A stretch of DNA of 64,000 nt from Pristiophorus japonicus (Eukaryota). The DNA lies in the NCBI RefSeq assembly GCF_044704955.1, contig NC_091999.1:66278001-66342000 (forward strand). The letters are read 5' to 3'. A program made the position numbers and the translations under genes. Positions 12,190 through 24,533 of this stretch are shown here, piece by piece. Each line of letters begins with the position of its first letter. Positions within the stretch are counted from its first letter, which is position 1. Under the pieces are notes generated by a model. The model ran no database searches. It was not told where the DNA came from and saw only the letters and a program-made list of their open reading frames with translations.

Positions 12190-12835
12190 TATAACTAGAG
12201 ACAGAGTGGGGCCTATTAGAGACCACAAACGAAATCTGTGTGTGGAGGAAGAAGATGTGGATATAATTCTTAATAAATACCGTGCATTGGTTTTCACAAA
12301 AGAGAGGGGCGATGCAGATTTTGAAATGAGGGAGGAGTGTGAAATATTGGACCAGGGAAACAAAGTTAGAGAAGAAGTATTCAGGGAGTTAGCAGCTTTG
12401 AAAGTGGATAAATTCCCAGGCCCAGATGAAATGTATCCCAGGCTTTTAAGAGAAGCAAAAGAGGAAAAAGCAGAGGCTCTGGCCATAATTTTCCAATCCA
12501 CTCTTGCTACAGGTGTGGTGCCAGAGGACTGGAGAACCTCCAATGTTTCACCTTTGTTTAAAAAGGAAGTCAAGGATAGATCGAGTTATTAAAGGCCTGT
12601 CAGCATAACCTCAGTGGTGGGAATTTTTTTTCAAAAATCCTGAGAGACAGGATAAATCTTCATTTGGAAAGACGTGGGTTAATCAGGCACAGTCTGCACG
12701 AATTTGTTAAGGGAAGGTCATGTCTGACTTACTTGATTGAATTTTTCGAGGAGATAACCAGAGAGTCGATGATGCCAGTGCATATGATGTAGTGTATTTG
12801 GATTTTAGCAAAGCTTTTGATAAGTTCCCACATTG
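12190..12835 (+). mobile_element. CR1 ORF2 internal fragment
   Basis: LKVDKFPGPDEMYPRLLRE, VPEDWRTSNVSPLFKK, YLDFSKAFDK. Confidence 0.85.
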
Positions 12836-14105
12836 GAAGCCTCCAAAAGTTCGCCACCATCCACCGTCTACTCCACGACAACACAAACACCATGAAACTT
12901 ACCAAGGGTTCCATTACAGACCCAATCCACGTCCAGACCGGGGTCAAACAGGGCTGCGTCATCACCCCAACTCTCTTCTGAATCCTCCTCGTTTCTGTGA
13001 TCCACCTCAAAGTCAACAAGCTCCGGGCTGGTGTGGAACGAAACTGCCGAACCAGTGAGAACCTGTTCAACCTTAGTCATTTCAAGGCCAGAGCCAAGAG
13101 CACCCCAACCTCTGTCATCGAGCTACAGTATGCGGACGATGCCTGCGTCTGCGCACATACAGAGACTGAACTCCATGACATAATGGACGTATTTACTGAG
13201 GCCGACGAAAACTTGGGCTGAATACTAAACATCCGTAAGACAAATGTCCTCCACCAGCCTGTTCTTGAGGCACAGCACGGCCCCCGCGGCTCTGGACAAG
13301 GTGGACCATTTCCCATACGTGGGGAGCTTCTTATCAACAAGAGCAGATTAACGACTTGATTCAACACCGCCTCCAGTGCGCCAGTGCAGCATTCGGCTGC
13401 CTGAGGAAAAGAGTATGCGAAGACCAGGCCCTCAAAACTGCCACCAAGCTCATGGTCTACAGGGCTGTAGTAATACGCGCCCTCCTGTATGGCTCAGAGA
13501 CATGGACCATGTACAGTAGACACCTCAAGTCGCTGGAGAAATACCAACAATGATGACTCCGTAAGATCCTACAATTCCCCTGGGAGGACAAACGAACCAA
13601 CATTAGCGTCCACGGCCAGGGCAACATCCCCTGCATTGAAACACTGACCACAAGTGATCAGATCAGCTAGCCAGGCCACATTGTTCGCATGCCAGACACG
13701 AGACTCCCAAAGCAAGCTTTCTACTCGGAACTCCTTCACGGCAAATGAGCCAAAGGTGGGCAAAGGAAACGTTTCAGGGACACCCTCAAAGCCTCCCTGA
13801 GCAAGTGCAACATCCCGACTGACAGCTGGGAGTCCCTGGCCAAAGACCACCCAAAGTGGAGGAAGTGCATCCGGGAGGCGCTGAGCACCCTGAGTCTCTT
13901 CTTCGAGAGCATGCAAAAATCTAGTGCAGTCGCCGGAAAGAGCGCATGGTAAACCTGTCCCACCAACACTTTCCCTCAACGACTATCTGTCCTACGTGTG
14001 ACATGGACTGTGGTTCTTGTATTGGACTGTTCAGCCAGCTAAGGCCTCATTTCAAGAGTGGAAGCAAGTCTTCCTCGATTCCGACTAACTGCCTAAGATG
14101 ATGAC
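12836..14105 (+). mobile_element. RTE-clade LINE 3' fragment
   Basis: TGVKQGCVITPTLF, ELQYADDACVCAH, TKLMVYRAVVIRALLYGSETWT, W.GH.VRMPDTRLPKQ-like motif; (gat)n tail at ~14097-14105. Confidence 0.92.
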
Positions 14106-14184
14106 CGACTGTTCCATTTTAGAGCTTTTTCTTACTCTAACGGGTATCACTTCTCACCTAGTTCACCTTCTAAAATGTAAAACC

Positions 14185-14797
14185 TGCAACAGAAAACTGG
14201 AAGGCTTCTCCTCCCACGAGCGGGCCACCTGATATAGAGGATCGGCTCTCGCCCCAACCCGCGTAGAAGTTCTCCAAGTTATCAGACAGAAATAAATGGC
14301 AAGCTATAACGATCTTTTATTACGAATGTCCACCACCACCTCTCATCACAGCCGCCTGTGAGTGGAGATGCTCCTCGTGTAGCAAAATCACGTCATTTAT
14401 ACATTTAACAAAACCCCTTCGACCCCCGGTACGACCCTCCCCGATCTCCAGTTGGGTTACCTTATCAATAATACTTTGGATTGACAGACCCCAAGGCAGC
14501 CTTAGACGCTACTATGATGGCTTCATCAGGTAAGAATTTGCTGATTCTCCTTGGTGCTGGTGAGTCTGCCTCGAGCGTCTTTGCAAGGTCTTATCAATGT
14601 CTGCTTAGGTTCTCACATCGTATCCTGTCGGATATTGATCGAATGTCCTTCTACTTATTGAATTGACGAGTTCTGGAGCTTTGGTACTGGAATGTGCAAG
14701 GCCAAAGGGAGGCATTTTACCTTCTTATGGGTCGGTGCAGGGACCAACATTTAACCCTTGTCCTGGTGGTACCCCTAATGCCAAATTTTCTCTTACG
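14185..14797 (-). repeat. 3' LTR
   Basis: Aligns end to end with 19071-19655 (substitutions plus a ~27-bp indel); minus-strand TATAAA ~14400 and AATAAA 14321-14316. Confidence 0.9.
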
Positions 14798-14810
14798 TTT
14801 CCCCACTTTT
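14798..14810 (-). other. Polypurine tract
   Basis: AAAAGTGGGGAAA on the - strand immediately before the 3' LTR. Confidence 0.85.
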
Positions 14811-14997
14811 GGCCCATGGCTGTACGCAAAGCTGGCCATATTTCCCGATAACTATCTCCCTGTAGGAAATATCCAGATAGGTCCGTTCACCTGGGTGGCT
14901 ATCTCCCAAACTTCGGGACCTCCTGAGACCTTCCTCGCAGAGTTATATAAGGTACGTCCTTCCTGTAGGAGGGCTGAAATTTTCATCCCTTATGGCC

Positions 14998-16340
14998 TTA
15001 ATCATAATGTGTGCTCTGCCGTGTCGTTTGGCCTGTTTTATTCCCACATATTAATCCCACCATTACCATCAGGACCAGGCCCTGTATTACTACAAGTATA
15101 TGTGATATTATTCTTTTCCATGGGTGAATCTGTATATTAAGTCCAATGTTCCACAGTTTTGAATACCAAAGCTGGTCAGCCAGTATTGCGTCAGTGTATC
15201 TCTGCAAGTTGTCTATTTCTTCCATCAGCCGAATGTACTGCCGTCTTTGATTCTGGATTCCATGCACCAAATATGATTGTTCCTCACTTAACTCAGGTAT
15301 CTATTTGCCTTGCAGTTCCCAAACCGTCTCCTTGTACTCCTCCCCGAGGGTATCCGTGATTGTTCCGTGGATGGTTTCCACTGTCTCGGGATGTATATGG
15401 GTCTGAAACAGAAGCTAAGTTTGTTGATGACACAGGTGGTAACTCCTCCCCTCCTCTTAATCGTCGGGTTGGCTGCTCCTGTGCTCATGCGCCAATCTAC
15501 ATTCCCTTGGGGAGCAGCGATTGTTTCGGAATCGTGTTCGAGAGGAGTGTTACTCAGCATGCATCCGTTTGTTTTGTGGAATCTACCATCATCATTCGTC
15601 ATTCGTGGCGTACCTCGTCATAAAATCACTTGATTATTTCTTACAGCAATCAGTTATGTCAATGTCTTTGGTATTAATTTAATCACACGTCTGGAGGGGT
15701 GATGGTAACGTAACAGCGTTTTCTTCACCGATACTGTTGGTTTGATGTAAGGGTCTCCTTTTGTTACGTCATACTCTGGTATTGCACCTGTAGGGCTTGG
15801 TCATCCATGTCCCTCCCCAGTAAACGCCTTAAGATTTGCATTACGTTGTTAACCCGGTCGTCTATTGCATACAGGTCTATGAAATTCATCTTCCTAACCC
15901 CTGCCGCAAAACCCGTGCCTAGTGTTTCCAATATTAAATCTCAGGGTAGTGGATTCCGGACCTTCGAGGATCCGTTGAGTCAAATTCTGGGAAAGACATA
16001 GTTTCTTTCCCACAGAAGCTAGGAAGAATGATATCCGTTAGGTTTAAGTTAAGTAGTTGCTGACGCACCCAAAATTATATCCTTTCTTTATATTCTTTTA
16101 TTACTAGCCACCCTTTGGCTCCAGCCTTTATGGACGGGCTTATGGGGGGACTTGCGTTTTTGTGCTGGTAAGAGTTGTTGTCCCCAGGTTGGTTGTCGGG
16201 GCAGCGGAAGGCCTTCCCAGGCTCCCTTTGGGCGTGTTTGGTGTTCCAGCCAGATCTTTATTGTCACCTTTCCTCGATACTCCATCCGCCCCCCTTTTTA
16301 GGTTGTATTCAATCTTGATTGCGCTGCGCACGATCAGCAC
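14998..16340 (-). pseudogene. env-like fusion glycoprotein relic
   Basis: LLNLNLTDIILPSFC; fusion-peptide/heptad-like DLILETLGTGFAAGVRKMNFIDLYAIDDRVNNVMQILRRLL from 15940; Cys-containing middle; heptad QRRQYIRLMEEIDNLQRYTDAIL, Trp-rich LWYSKLWNIG and TM-like IISHILVVIQGLVLMVMVGLIC; multiple frameshifts and stops. Confidence 0.72.
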
Positions 16341-16409
16341 CGGCTTCTCCGTGTTATTACCGTGTCACGCTTCAGGACATATACATTTTATTCCAGAGAC
16401 CTCCCTTGA

Positions 16410-18576
16410 TTTTCATTTTATCTCACTGGCCAGTTTTCCTAAATATCCTCGGGTCCCCCCACCACCGCCTTCTGTTCTCATCCTTCTGTTTATTACGGGG
16501 TGGATTTGGCTGCTTGTTTTGCAGCTTCGTTCGCCCAGGCATGAGTTGCTAGAACTGAAATTCCATCCAGGTGGATTTCTGCGCACTTCCACTTTTGGTC
16601 CTATGAGTTGCTCTTGTCCTCGGAATCTACTGGAGCCCATGGCATTGGCAGCCTGTTGCATTACAACCTTACTTCATACATTATACATAGCCATGCGTTA
16701 AAATAAGTTTTGTCCTTGCTCCAGTCCTTGGCTGCTGGGATGCATATTTCCTCAGTTATATCAAACAAAGCCCCATAGCTCATGTAGTTGTGTCTTTCGT
16801 GCCTGTGCTATATTTCTCGTAGTCGGTCTGTATTATCCAGTGCTTCCCTGGGCCTTAAGGTTCCCAGTATCATGAGTCCCCACATTCGAAGTAGCCACTG
16901 CGGTCGATCTCGGTGAGTGTTTTAGCTGCAAATTTTAAACCGATAGCCTGGTCGTCACCAGGTGTTAAGTTCTGGTCGAACCATCTTTTATCCATGCATG
17001 TCGAGGTCACTCTGTGAAATCGGAGGTAAGGGTTAGGTTGGGTTTGTGGACTACACTTACCCAGCGGGGGGTACTTTCGCACTATTGCCATAGGTGATGG
17101 TGCTATGGCTGCGCACTGCACTATCCGTCTGGTCCTGTCTTTATCTCTTCCAGCTTATTTATTTTAGCTTTTAATTCTTGAATTTGATTTGTTTGAGTAT
17201 CTTTTTTTTATTTGTATCAGGCGAGTATTATTACATAGGCCTGTTCTGTTTAATTTTATTGTGACTATCCCACCATTTCCTCTGTCTGTCAGGTGAGTCT
17301 TTATTTTATTAAGAAATCCAAATTAATAATGTCCAGTATAAAACAGCTGTCAATGGAAAGGGTTAACTCCTTTACAGGTTTGTAAGAAGGCCTGATGTCA
17401 TTACATGACTTCACGTAATCATCCGAAATTTTTTACAAGTTTTTGTACCTTCAAAACTCGCTTAGAAATTAGGAGTCCGTTAAAGCAGCAGAAATCATTA
17501 GTGAAGCCGCCATAATCAAAATCTTCTCATCGGGAAAGACAGCGTTTTAGATTAGACTCCAATTTTTATAAACTACTAATTCAAATACTTGCCAAATATT
17601 TTTTTTTCATTGAATCAGTATATTTTTCAGAGCCAATATCAACTAGTATTTTGTAAATTATGATTTTTTTTCATTTAAATCTCCTTTCTTCAAATTAGGT
17701 TAACACTGAGGGCTTTTGTCTCCATAAATGTGTTAACTTAAAATCATAAGACAATCGAAAACACTTTTTTTCCAAATTCGTTCAATTTGTTTGCCTTCAA
17801 GGTTGCGTATTTATCTCTTCCATCTTTACCATAACTAGAACAGAGTCTAGCACGTATACTTTGTAAGCTGCTTTCCGTTATTTCAAATGTTCCAGTTTCA
17901 AGGCCATTACATTGTCCTTTGTTCTCAACTGCTAAAGCCTGCCGTTTTAACATTTTATTTTTGCGGTGCCTTCTCTTAACCAGTGGTACTTGAAACTTTC
18001 ACAAGGAAATTAACTTCTCAGGTTCCCATCCTAATCTCTGCTCCTCTTTTGTAGTATTTCTATTCATTTTAAAACATAGGATCATTGGGTTACAAAATGT
18101 CAAATATGGTAATACTGTTTTTTTTTTATATCGGTCTTCACATTTTTGCTTATAGTGATTCAAAGATCACTGAATGCAAAATACTTGTTTTATAATTGTG
18201 TGTCCAACTTCTGTTTTAGAAGCTGAACAATAAAACCTCTAATCTTTTTAAGGTTCAGCTTCTAACGCAGTAATTGTGTAATGTTATGAAAAAGTCTTCC
18301 AAACACAAGATGTTTATCAAGGATAATCACCTGAAATATCTCAGAATATTGTACTGCCAATTTAATACTCTTTTTAGTGAGCGGGAAGATTTTTGCGTCG
18401 AGGTTGAATACAAAGGAAAATGGAGGCGTCCTTCCCCAGCCTGCAGCCTCGAGAGACCCATGCGGGTTTTTTTTTAAAGGCATTACAACTTCTTCCCTTC
18501 CCCTTTCTTTGTTTAATGGCCTGGGTCCCGTTCCCTCAGCAGCTCCATTTTTCCTTTTACTTATCGAGTTACCCAT
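16410..18576 (-). pseudogene. gag-like relic
   Basis: Starts MGNSISKRK (myristoylation-type MG-x3-S) ~0.5 kb after the PBS; coiled-coil QIQELKAKINKLEEIK; heavily disrupted. Identity inferred mainly from position and N-terminus. Confidence 0.55.
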
Positions 18577-19050
18577 CTACTTCGGAGCAATGAGGATCTT
18601 GGGTCCTCCCTTTAATTCATGTTAGGCATGCAGGACGTTATTTATATCTATATGTCTTCCTTGGCGCCGTACAGTTGTACTGCCATTCTTTGGGTCAATA
18701 TGTCCCGTCACTGCGGGGACGTCCTCACTATGTCCTCAATCTCTCGTCCATGCACCGTGCGCTCGTAACGCTTCGGGTCAATAGACCTTCCCCTAGATCT
18801 TACCTTGCATCATACCCTCGCACTGCCGCGCTATCGACATGTGCTCGTTTTAGGATGCACATTTTGACCCCATTTCACACCTAGATCGTCCTTGTCCACC
18901 ATCTCCGTCTCTCTGGGACTCGCTACAGATGGTTCTTTGTACACATATCCGTCCCTTACGGTTTACAATGCCACAGCGCTAACTCGAAGGTGGAAAATTA
19001 AAACATACTCACCCCAACAGCTGGATCATTGTTCCATTCGAGAAGGCCAT

Positions 19051-19068
19051 ATCCTGCTCGCAGTGCCA
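19051..19068 (-). other. Primer-binding site, tRNA-Ser type
   Basis: TGGCACTGCGAGCAGGAT, 2 nt after the 5' LTR; 16/18 match to the complement of the vertebrate tRNA-Ser(CGA) 3' end as recalled (TGGCGCTGTGAGCAGGAT). Confidence 0.75.
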
Positions 19069-19070
19069 AA

Positions 19071-19655
19071 TGTAAGGGCAAACTGGAAGGCTTGAACTCC
19101 CACGAGCTTGCCCCAACCCACGTAGAAGTTCTTGAAGTTAGCAGACAGAGACGAATGGCAAGGTATAATGATCTTTTATTATGAAATCCGGGAACATCTC
19201 TCATCACAGCCACCTGTGAGTGGAAATGCTACTCGTGCAGCAAAATCAAACATCATTTAAACTTTTCACAAACCCCTTCGCCCCCGGTACGACCCTCCCC
19301 GATCTCCAATTGGGTTACCTTTTCAGTAATACTTTGGATTGACAGACCACAAGGCAGCCTTCGACCCTACTAAGATGATTTCATCAGGTTAGAATTTCCT
19401 GATTCTCCTTGGTGCCCGTGAATCTGCCTCGAGCATCTTCGCAAGGCCTTATCAATGTCTGTTTAGGTTGTCACATCGTATCCTGTCGGAATATTATCTA
19501 ATGCCCAAGTACATATTGAATTAATAACTTCTGGAGCCTTGGTCCTTAAATGTGCAAGGCCGAAGAGAGGTATTTTACCTCCTTATGGTTCGGTACAGGA
19601 ACCAGCACTTTAAACCTTGTCGCGCTGGTTCCCCTAATGCCAAGTTTCTCTTACA
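19071..19655 (-). repeat. 5' LTR
   Basis: TG...CA termini with TGTAAG/CTTACA inverted ends; followed by the PBS. Confidence 0.92.
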
Positions 19656-20199
19656 GAAGCTGTAATGGAGGTATGCAGAGCTGGAAATGGTTGGAGGTGG
19701 GAGGGATGGTGGGAGGGAGGCAAGGAAAGACGGGTGGAGCGTGGCAGGGATGGAGGGAGGGAGAGCAGATGGGTGGAAGGGAAGGAGAGACAGATGGACG
19801 GAGGGATGTATGTTGGGAATGAGTGCTGGCGTATCTCCCAATTTACCTGATCAAAACTATTAATCATTTGGAAAACTTCAGTAAGTCGCCATTACCTGCT
19901 CACCTCTAAGGAGCACAATCCCAGCTTCCAAATGCTCTGATGTTACAGTGCAGACAGTGTAACACTCAAGTTCTGTGAGTCCTTCTGCCTCCGGCACTTC
20001 CAGATGTTCCTTGTGGAATCGCTGCCACTTTTATATGGACCCAGTGGAAATGCCTGTGTGGGAACTACATCGCAGGCTGGGTAAGATAACTCGCCCCTGA
20101 TAATAAACGGATCAATGCAAGACTGGGCTCAGGGCCTGAACATGAGACACGATGAGATGATTGGCAGCATTTTAAAATGCAAGCTGTGATATGTTCAAC

Positions 20200-20630
20200 C
20201 TCGGCCCAGAGGGATCACTCTCACCTCTGACTCAGAATGTCACCGAAGCTAAACCCCAGTCCAGAGACCTGAGCCCATAATCTATGCCGACACGCCCGGT
20301 GCCAGGACTGAGGGAGTGCTGCGTACGGTCAGACATGATGTCTTTCGTGGGAGACATTGAAATGAGGTCCCATTTTCCCACTCAGGTGGATATAAAGGAC
20401 TCATGGCAGTATCTTAAAGTGCAGAGGAGTTGTCCACGGAATATATTTATCCCTCAACCGACAACTGAAAAACAAATTATCTGATCATTATTTCATTGCT
20501 GTGTATGGAATGTTGCTGTGCAGGAATTGGCTGCCACATTTCCTACATTACAGCACTTCCAAAGTAATTAATTGGCTGTAAAGCATTTGGGACATCATGA
20601 GGTCACGAAGGATGCTATATAAATGCTACT
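20200..20630 (+). mobile_element. Deu-domain tRNA-derived SINE (SacSINE1-like)
   Basis: tRNA-like head, gtactgagggagtgctgc-like core, attggctgtaaagc...gctatataaatgc tail; paralogues at 29495-29942 (+), 41310-41755 (+) and 57735-58150 (-). Confidence 0.75.
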
Positions 20631-21479
20631 TGTTTCAAAATGTCAACATTTTAATATACAATTTGCGATATGTGAAAAGCTCAGATAGCACTCTGATTGT
20701 CGAGCACTCCTCTGTTCACTGGTTTAACTTGTTTAGTTTCAATGGGTTAAATATTCGACTTTATGGATATCCAGTGGAATAGCAAGTTCCTGTTCAGATA
20801 TGTTCCAGTAATTGCGGCGTCGAACTTTCAGAACGGAATCATGCATTTTAACATGTATTCCCTTTGCAAAACATCTGTTCTAATTGACCAAATCTGAAGC
20901 CATCGTCATTGTTCGATATATATCTATGATAGTTGTACCAACTGTCAATATTCTAAAAATAAACCCTTGTTGTGAGTTGACACTAATCAATAAGTGACTC
21001 TGTTGATTTGAATATGCTACCATGAGCACTTCATGCGAACCAATGCGGCATTTATGTAAATAAAACAGAAAGAGAAGTGCCAGATTAGAGACTTCAGCAG
21101 CAGAGACACAATAAATATTCCTCAACCAACACAGCATAGCAATAAAGATAGAGAGAAACGCAAACCTCTCATCAGATTCCAGCAACAATTGATTTTTGGG
21201 ACATTTCTCTAAGTTATAGGATAATAAATTAAAAATGATACCCACGGTCAGAATGGGGAAATATTCTAGTCACCTTATATAGTAACATCACAGATATGTC
21301 AGTGGAGAATTCATGTATCCTCTCCCTCTCATATTTTTACTTTCCATCTTGTCTCTCAAGAATGGATAATTGGCCTTCCCTCACAAATGGATATCAACAT
21401 CTAACAAAAGTTTTCCTTGAGCACTAATGACATTCCTTGAAACAAATTCATTGTAGTGCACAGAGGGAGCATTTTTCCA

Positions 21480-21715
21480 AAATGTGAACTGTGCCTTAAA
21501 TGATCTGGGATTGTGTGATTGCACATTATGGAGGGAGCTTTACTCTGTATCTGACACATGATGTACCTGCACTGCTAGTGCTTGATGCCGCAGTGTAGAG
21601 GGAGCTTTTCTCTGTAGCTAACCAGCACTCTACCTGGCCTGGAAGTGTTTGATGGGGTGGTGTAGAGGGCACTTTATTCTGTATCTAACCCGTCCTGTAC
21701 ATGCATTGGGAGTTA
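21480..21715 (+). repeat. ~66-bp minisatellite (gggacagtgtagagggagctttactctgtatctaacccgtgctgtacctgccctgggagtgtttgat)
   Basis: About 3-4 units; same repeat at 30810-31025, 42620-43145 and 53510-54030. Confidence 0.85.
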
Positions 21716-21984
21716 CAGAGTCCAGTGCAGTAATAACTGAAATAGGTTCCAGTGTAATATAAACAGAGACCCTCTCTAATTTTGTGAAAGGATGGGCTAG
21801 TGTAATATAAACCATGTCCTGGTCTAGTATAAAATAAACAGAGACAGGGTGTTGTATAATCGGAACAAAGGCATGGCATATTCCAGTAATATCTGAGACA
21901 GCGCCAATACAATATTGGTAGATCAACGGCAGTAAAAGCTGAGGTAGGGCTTCGTGCAGTAATTACTGATACAGGAACATTTCT

Positions 21985-22400
21985 TTATTCGTTCCTGGCA
22001 GGTGGGTGTGGGTGTCGCTGGCAAAGCCCACATTGATTGTCTATCACTATTTGGCCTTGAGAAGCAGGTGGTGTGCTGCGAACTAGAACCGCTACAGTCC
22101 GTGTGGTGAAGGGCCCCCTACATTGTTAAGGAGAGTGTTCCATGATTTTGATCCAGCGACTATGAAGGAACGATAATAAGCTTGCAAGTCAGAATGGTGT
22201 GTGATATGGAGGGGAACGTAGAGGTGATCGTGTTCCCCTGAGACTGCTGCCCTGTTCTTCGAGGTGGAAGAGGTCGTAGGTTTGGAAAGTGCTGTCGACG
22301 ATCTCTTGGCGAGTTGCTGCAAAGCATCTTGTGGATTTTAATCACTGCAGACATGCTGCACTGGTGGTGGAGGGAATGAATATGTAACGTGGTGGATGGG
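21985..22400 (-). mobile_element. LINE 3' fragment (CR1/L2 group)
   Basis: TTLHIHSLHHQ...HKMLCSNSPR...RQHFPNLRPLPPRRT; paralogous insertion at ~31275-31690 in copy 2. Confidence 0.7.
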
Positions 22401-22444
22401 GTAAAATAACCTTGAGAAGGGTCTAGTATAGTGCAGCTATTTTG

Positions 22445-23880
22445 TTTCCATCTCACACATTGGTTTTTTTCGCATTTTTATCATCAGCAAACTTGGCTAT
22501 GTTACATTCGGTCTCTTCTTCCAAGTCATTAGATTATTTATATTTGGATCCCTGCGGCACCCCACTAGTTGCTGATTGTCAACCCTCGAATGAACCATTG
22601 ATCCCGACTCTCTGTTTTCTGTTAGTTAACCAATTCTCTATCCATGCTAATATGTAGCCCCAACCCCGTGAACGTTTATCTTGTGCCGTAACCTTTTATC
22701 TAGCACCTTGTCAAATGCCTTCTTCTGGAAGTCCAAATACACCACATCCACTGGTTCTCTTTTTACCCACTCCTCAAAGAATTCTATCAAATGTATCAAA
22801 CATGACTTCCCCTTCATAAATCCATGCTGATTCTGCCTGACCGAATTTTGCTTTTCCAAATGTTCTGCTGCTGCTCCTTTAATAATGGACTCCAACATTT
22901 TCCCAAACACAGATGTTAGGCTAACTGGTCTTTAGTTTCCTACTTTTTTCTGCCTTCTTTTTTAAATAGTGGCGTTAAATTTGCAGTTTTCCCATCTGCT
23001 CATCACCTTAAATCTGTATCCTCTCTTCTCGATCTTTCCGCCAAACTACTCTGACTAGACCCCTTATGATTCAGAACACCTCTATGAAATCTCCACTCAA
23101 CCTTTCTGCTCTAAGGAGAACAATCCAGCTTCTCCAGTCTATCCATGTAATCGAAGTACCATATCCCTGGATTCACAATTGTAAATTTTTTCTGAAACCT
23201 CTCTAAGACCTTCACATCTTTCCAAAGGAATTGGACCCAATAGTCCTGGTAAGGCTGAACCACTGTTTTCGGAACTTTCACATCATAACTTCCTTTCATT
23301 TGTACTCTATGCATGTTTTTATGAAGCCCAGGATCATGTAAGCTTTTTTTTACCACTTTCTCAACCGGCCCTGCCACCTTCAATGATTTGTGCACATATA
23401 CCTCAGGTCACTGTCTTCATGCACCTCATTTAGCATTGTACCTTTAGTTTATTTTGCCTCTCCTCATTCGTCTTATCAATGTGTATCATTTCCCACTTTT
23501 CTCCATTTCATTTGCCACGAGTGCACCCATTCCATCAGCATGTCTATGTCATCTTGAAGTCATCACTATCCTCTTCGCTGTTCACTCTAATTCCAAGTTT
23601 TATGCCATCTGCAAATTTCGACATTTTACCCTGTACTCCTATGTCTAAGTCTTGAATATAAATGAAGAAACGCAGTATTCCGAGTACCAACCGCTGCAGA
23701 ACACCTTCCCCCAGTCCAAAAAAACAAATGGTCACTTCTATTCCGTGGTTGCTGTCACTTAGCCATTTTCATATCCATGCTTCCACTGTCCACTTCATTA
23801 TATGGGTTTAAATTTTTATGGCAAGGATATTATCAAGGCACTTTTTCAAACACCTTTTGGAAGTCCACCACATCAACCTT
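22445..23880 (-). mobile_element. Two adjacent decayed CR1 fragments
   Basis: GKMLESIIK...QHGFMKGKSCL...YLDFQK; SKFADGIKLG; MDRLEKL. Confidence 0.85.
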
Positions 23881-24021
23881 ATAAACTGTGATTGGGTCTA
23901 GTGCAGTAAAAACTGCGACCGGGTCTGGTGTAATAAGAGTAATAATGTCAGATAATTACAGATTTATTAACCTCCTGCCAAGTACAGGTGCGCTTTCATT
24001 TTTACCATCACTGGCACTAAT

Positions 24022-24533
24022 CATAGAAACATAGAAACATAAAAAATACGTACAGGAGCAATCCATTCGGTCTTTCTTGCCTGCAGCACCATTCAATATG
24101 ATCATGGCTGATCAAGCAACTTCTGTATCCCACTTCTGTCTTCGCTCGATACCCGCTGATCCCTTCAGCCGTTAGGACCATATCTAACTCCCTTTTGAAT
24201 ATATCCAACGAACTTGACTGAGCAACTTTCTGTGGTAGAGAATTCCATAGGTTCATATTTCTTTGGGTGAAAAAGTTTCTCCTCATCTCGGTCCGAAATG
24301 GCTTACCCCTTATCGCTAGACTGTGACCCTTGGTTCTGGACTTCCCCAACATCACGAACATTATTCCTCCATCTAACCTGTTCAATCCCGTCAGAATGTT
24401 ATATGTTTCTATCAGATCCCCTCTCATTCTTCTAAATTCCATTGAATATAAGCCTAGTCGCTCAAATTGGTCCACATATGTCAGTCCTGCCATGCCGAGA
24501 ATCTGTCCGGTGAACTATGGCTGCACTCCCTCA
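24022..24533 (-). mobile_element. CR1 3' fragment inserted in an exon-like block of copy 1
   Basis: [18 protein letters not shown]...FFTQR; agaaacatagaaacat tail; absent from the paralogous site at ~33060. Confidence 0.92.

Larger units (their letters stand above)
14185..19655 (-). mobile_element. Endogenous retrovirus-like LTR element: LTR-PBS-gag-env-PPT-LTR, no pol seen
   Basis: Direct repeats 14185-14797 and 19071-19655; the 5' LTR runs TGTAAG...CTTACA on the - strand; PBS and PPT in the expected positions; internal 4.3 kb carries gag- and env-like relics. Confidence 0.9.

Noticed and set aside
16162-16701. 179-aa plus-strand ORF
   Set aside because: Antisense to the ERV gag/env region, non-ATG start, no recognisable domain.
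14180-19660. Target-site duplication of the LTR element
   Set aside because: Flanks aaacc and gaagc match only 3/5; not claimed.
21685-21912. YYC-containing Cys/Tyr-rich ORFs (also 39404-39820 and 37021-37320) resembling Ig or keratin-associated proteins
   Set aside because: They are translations of the reverse strand of the 27-bp satellite.
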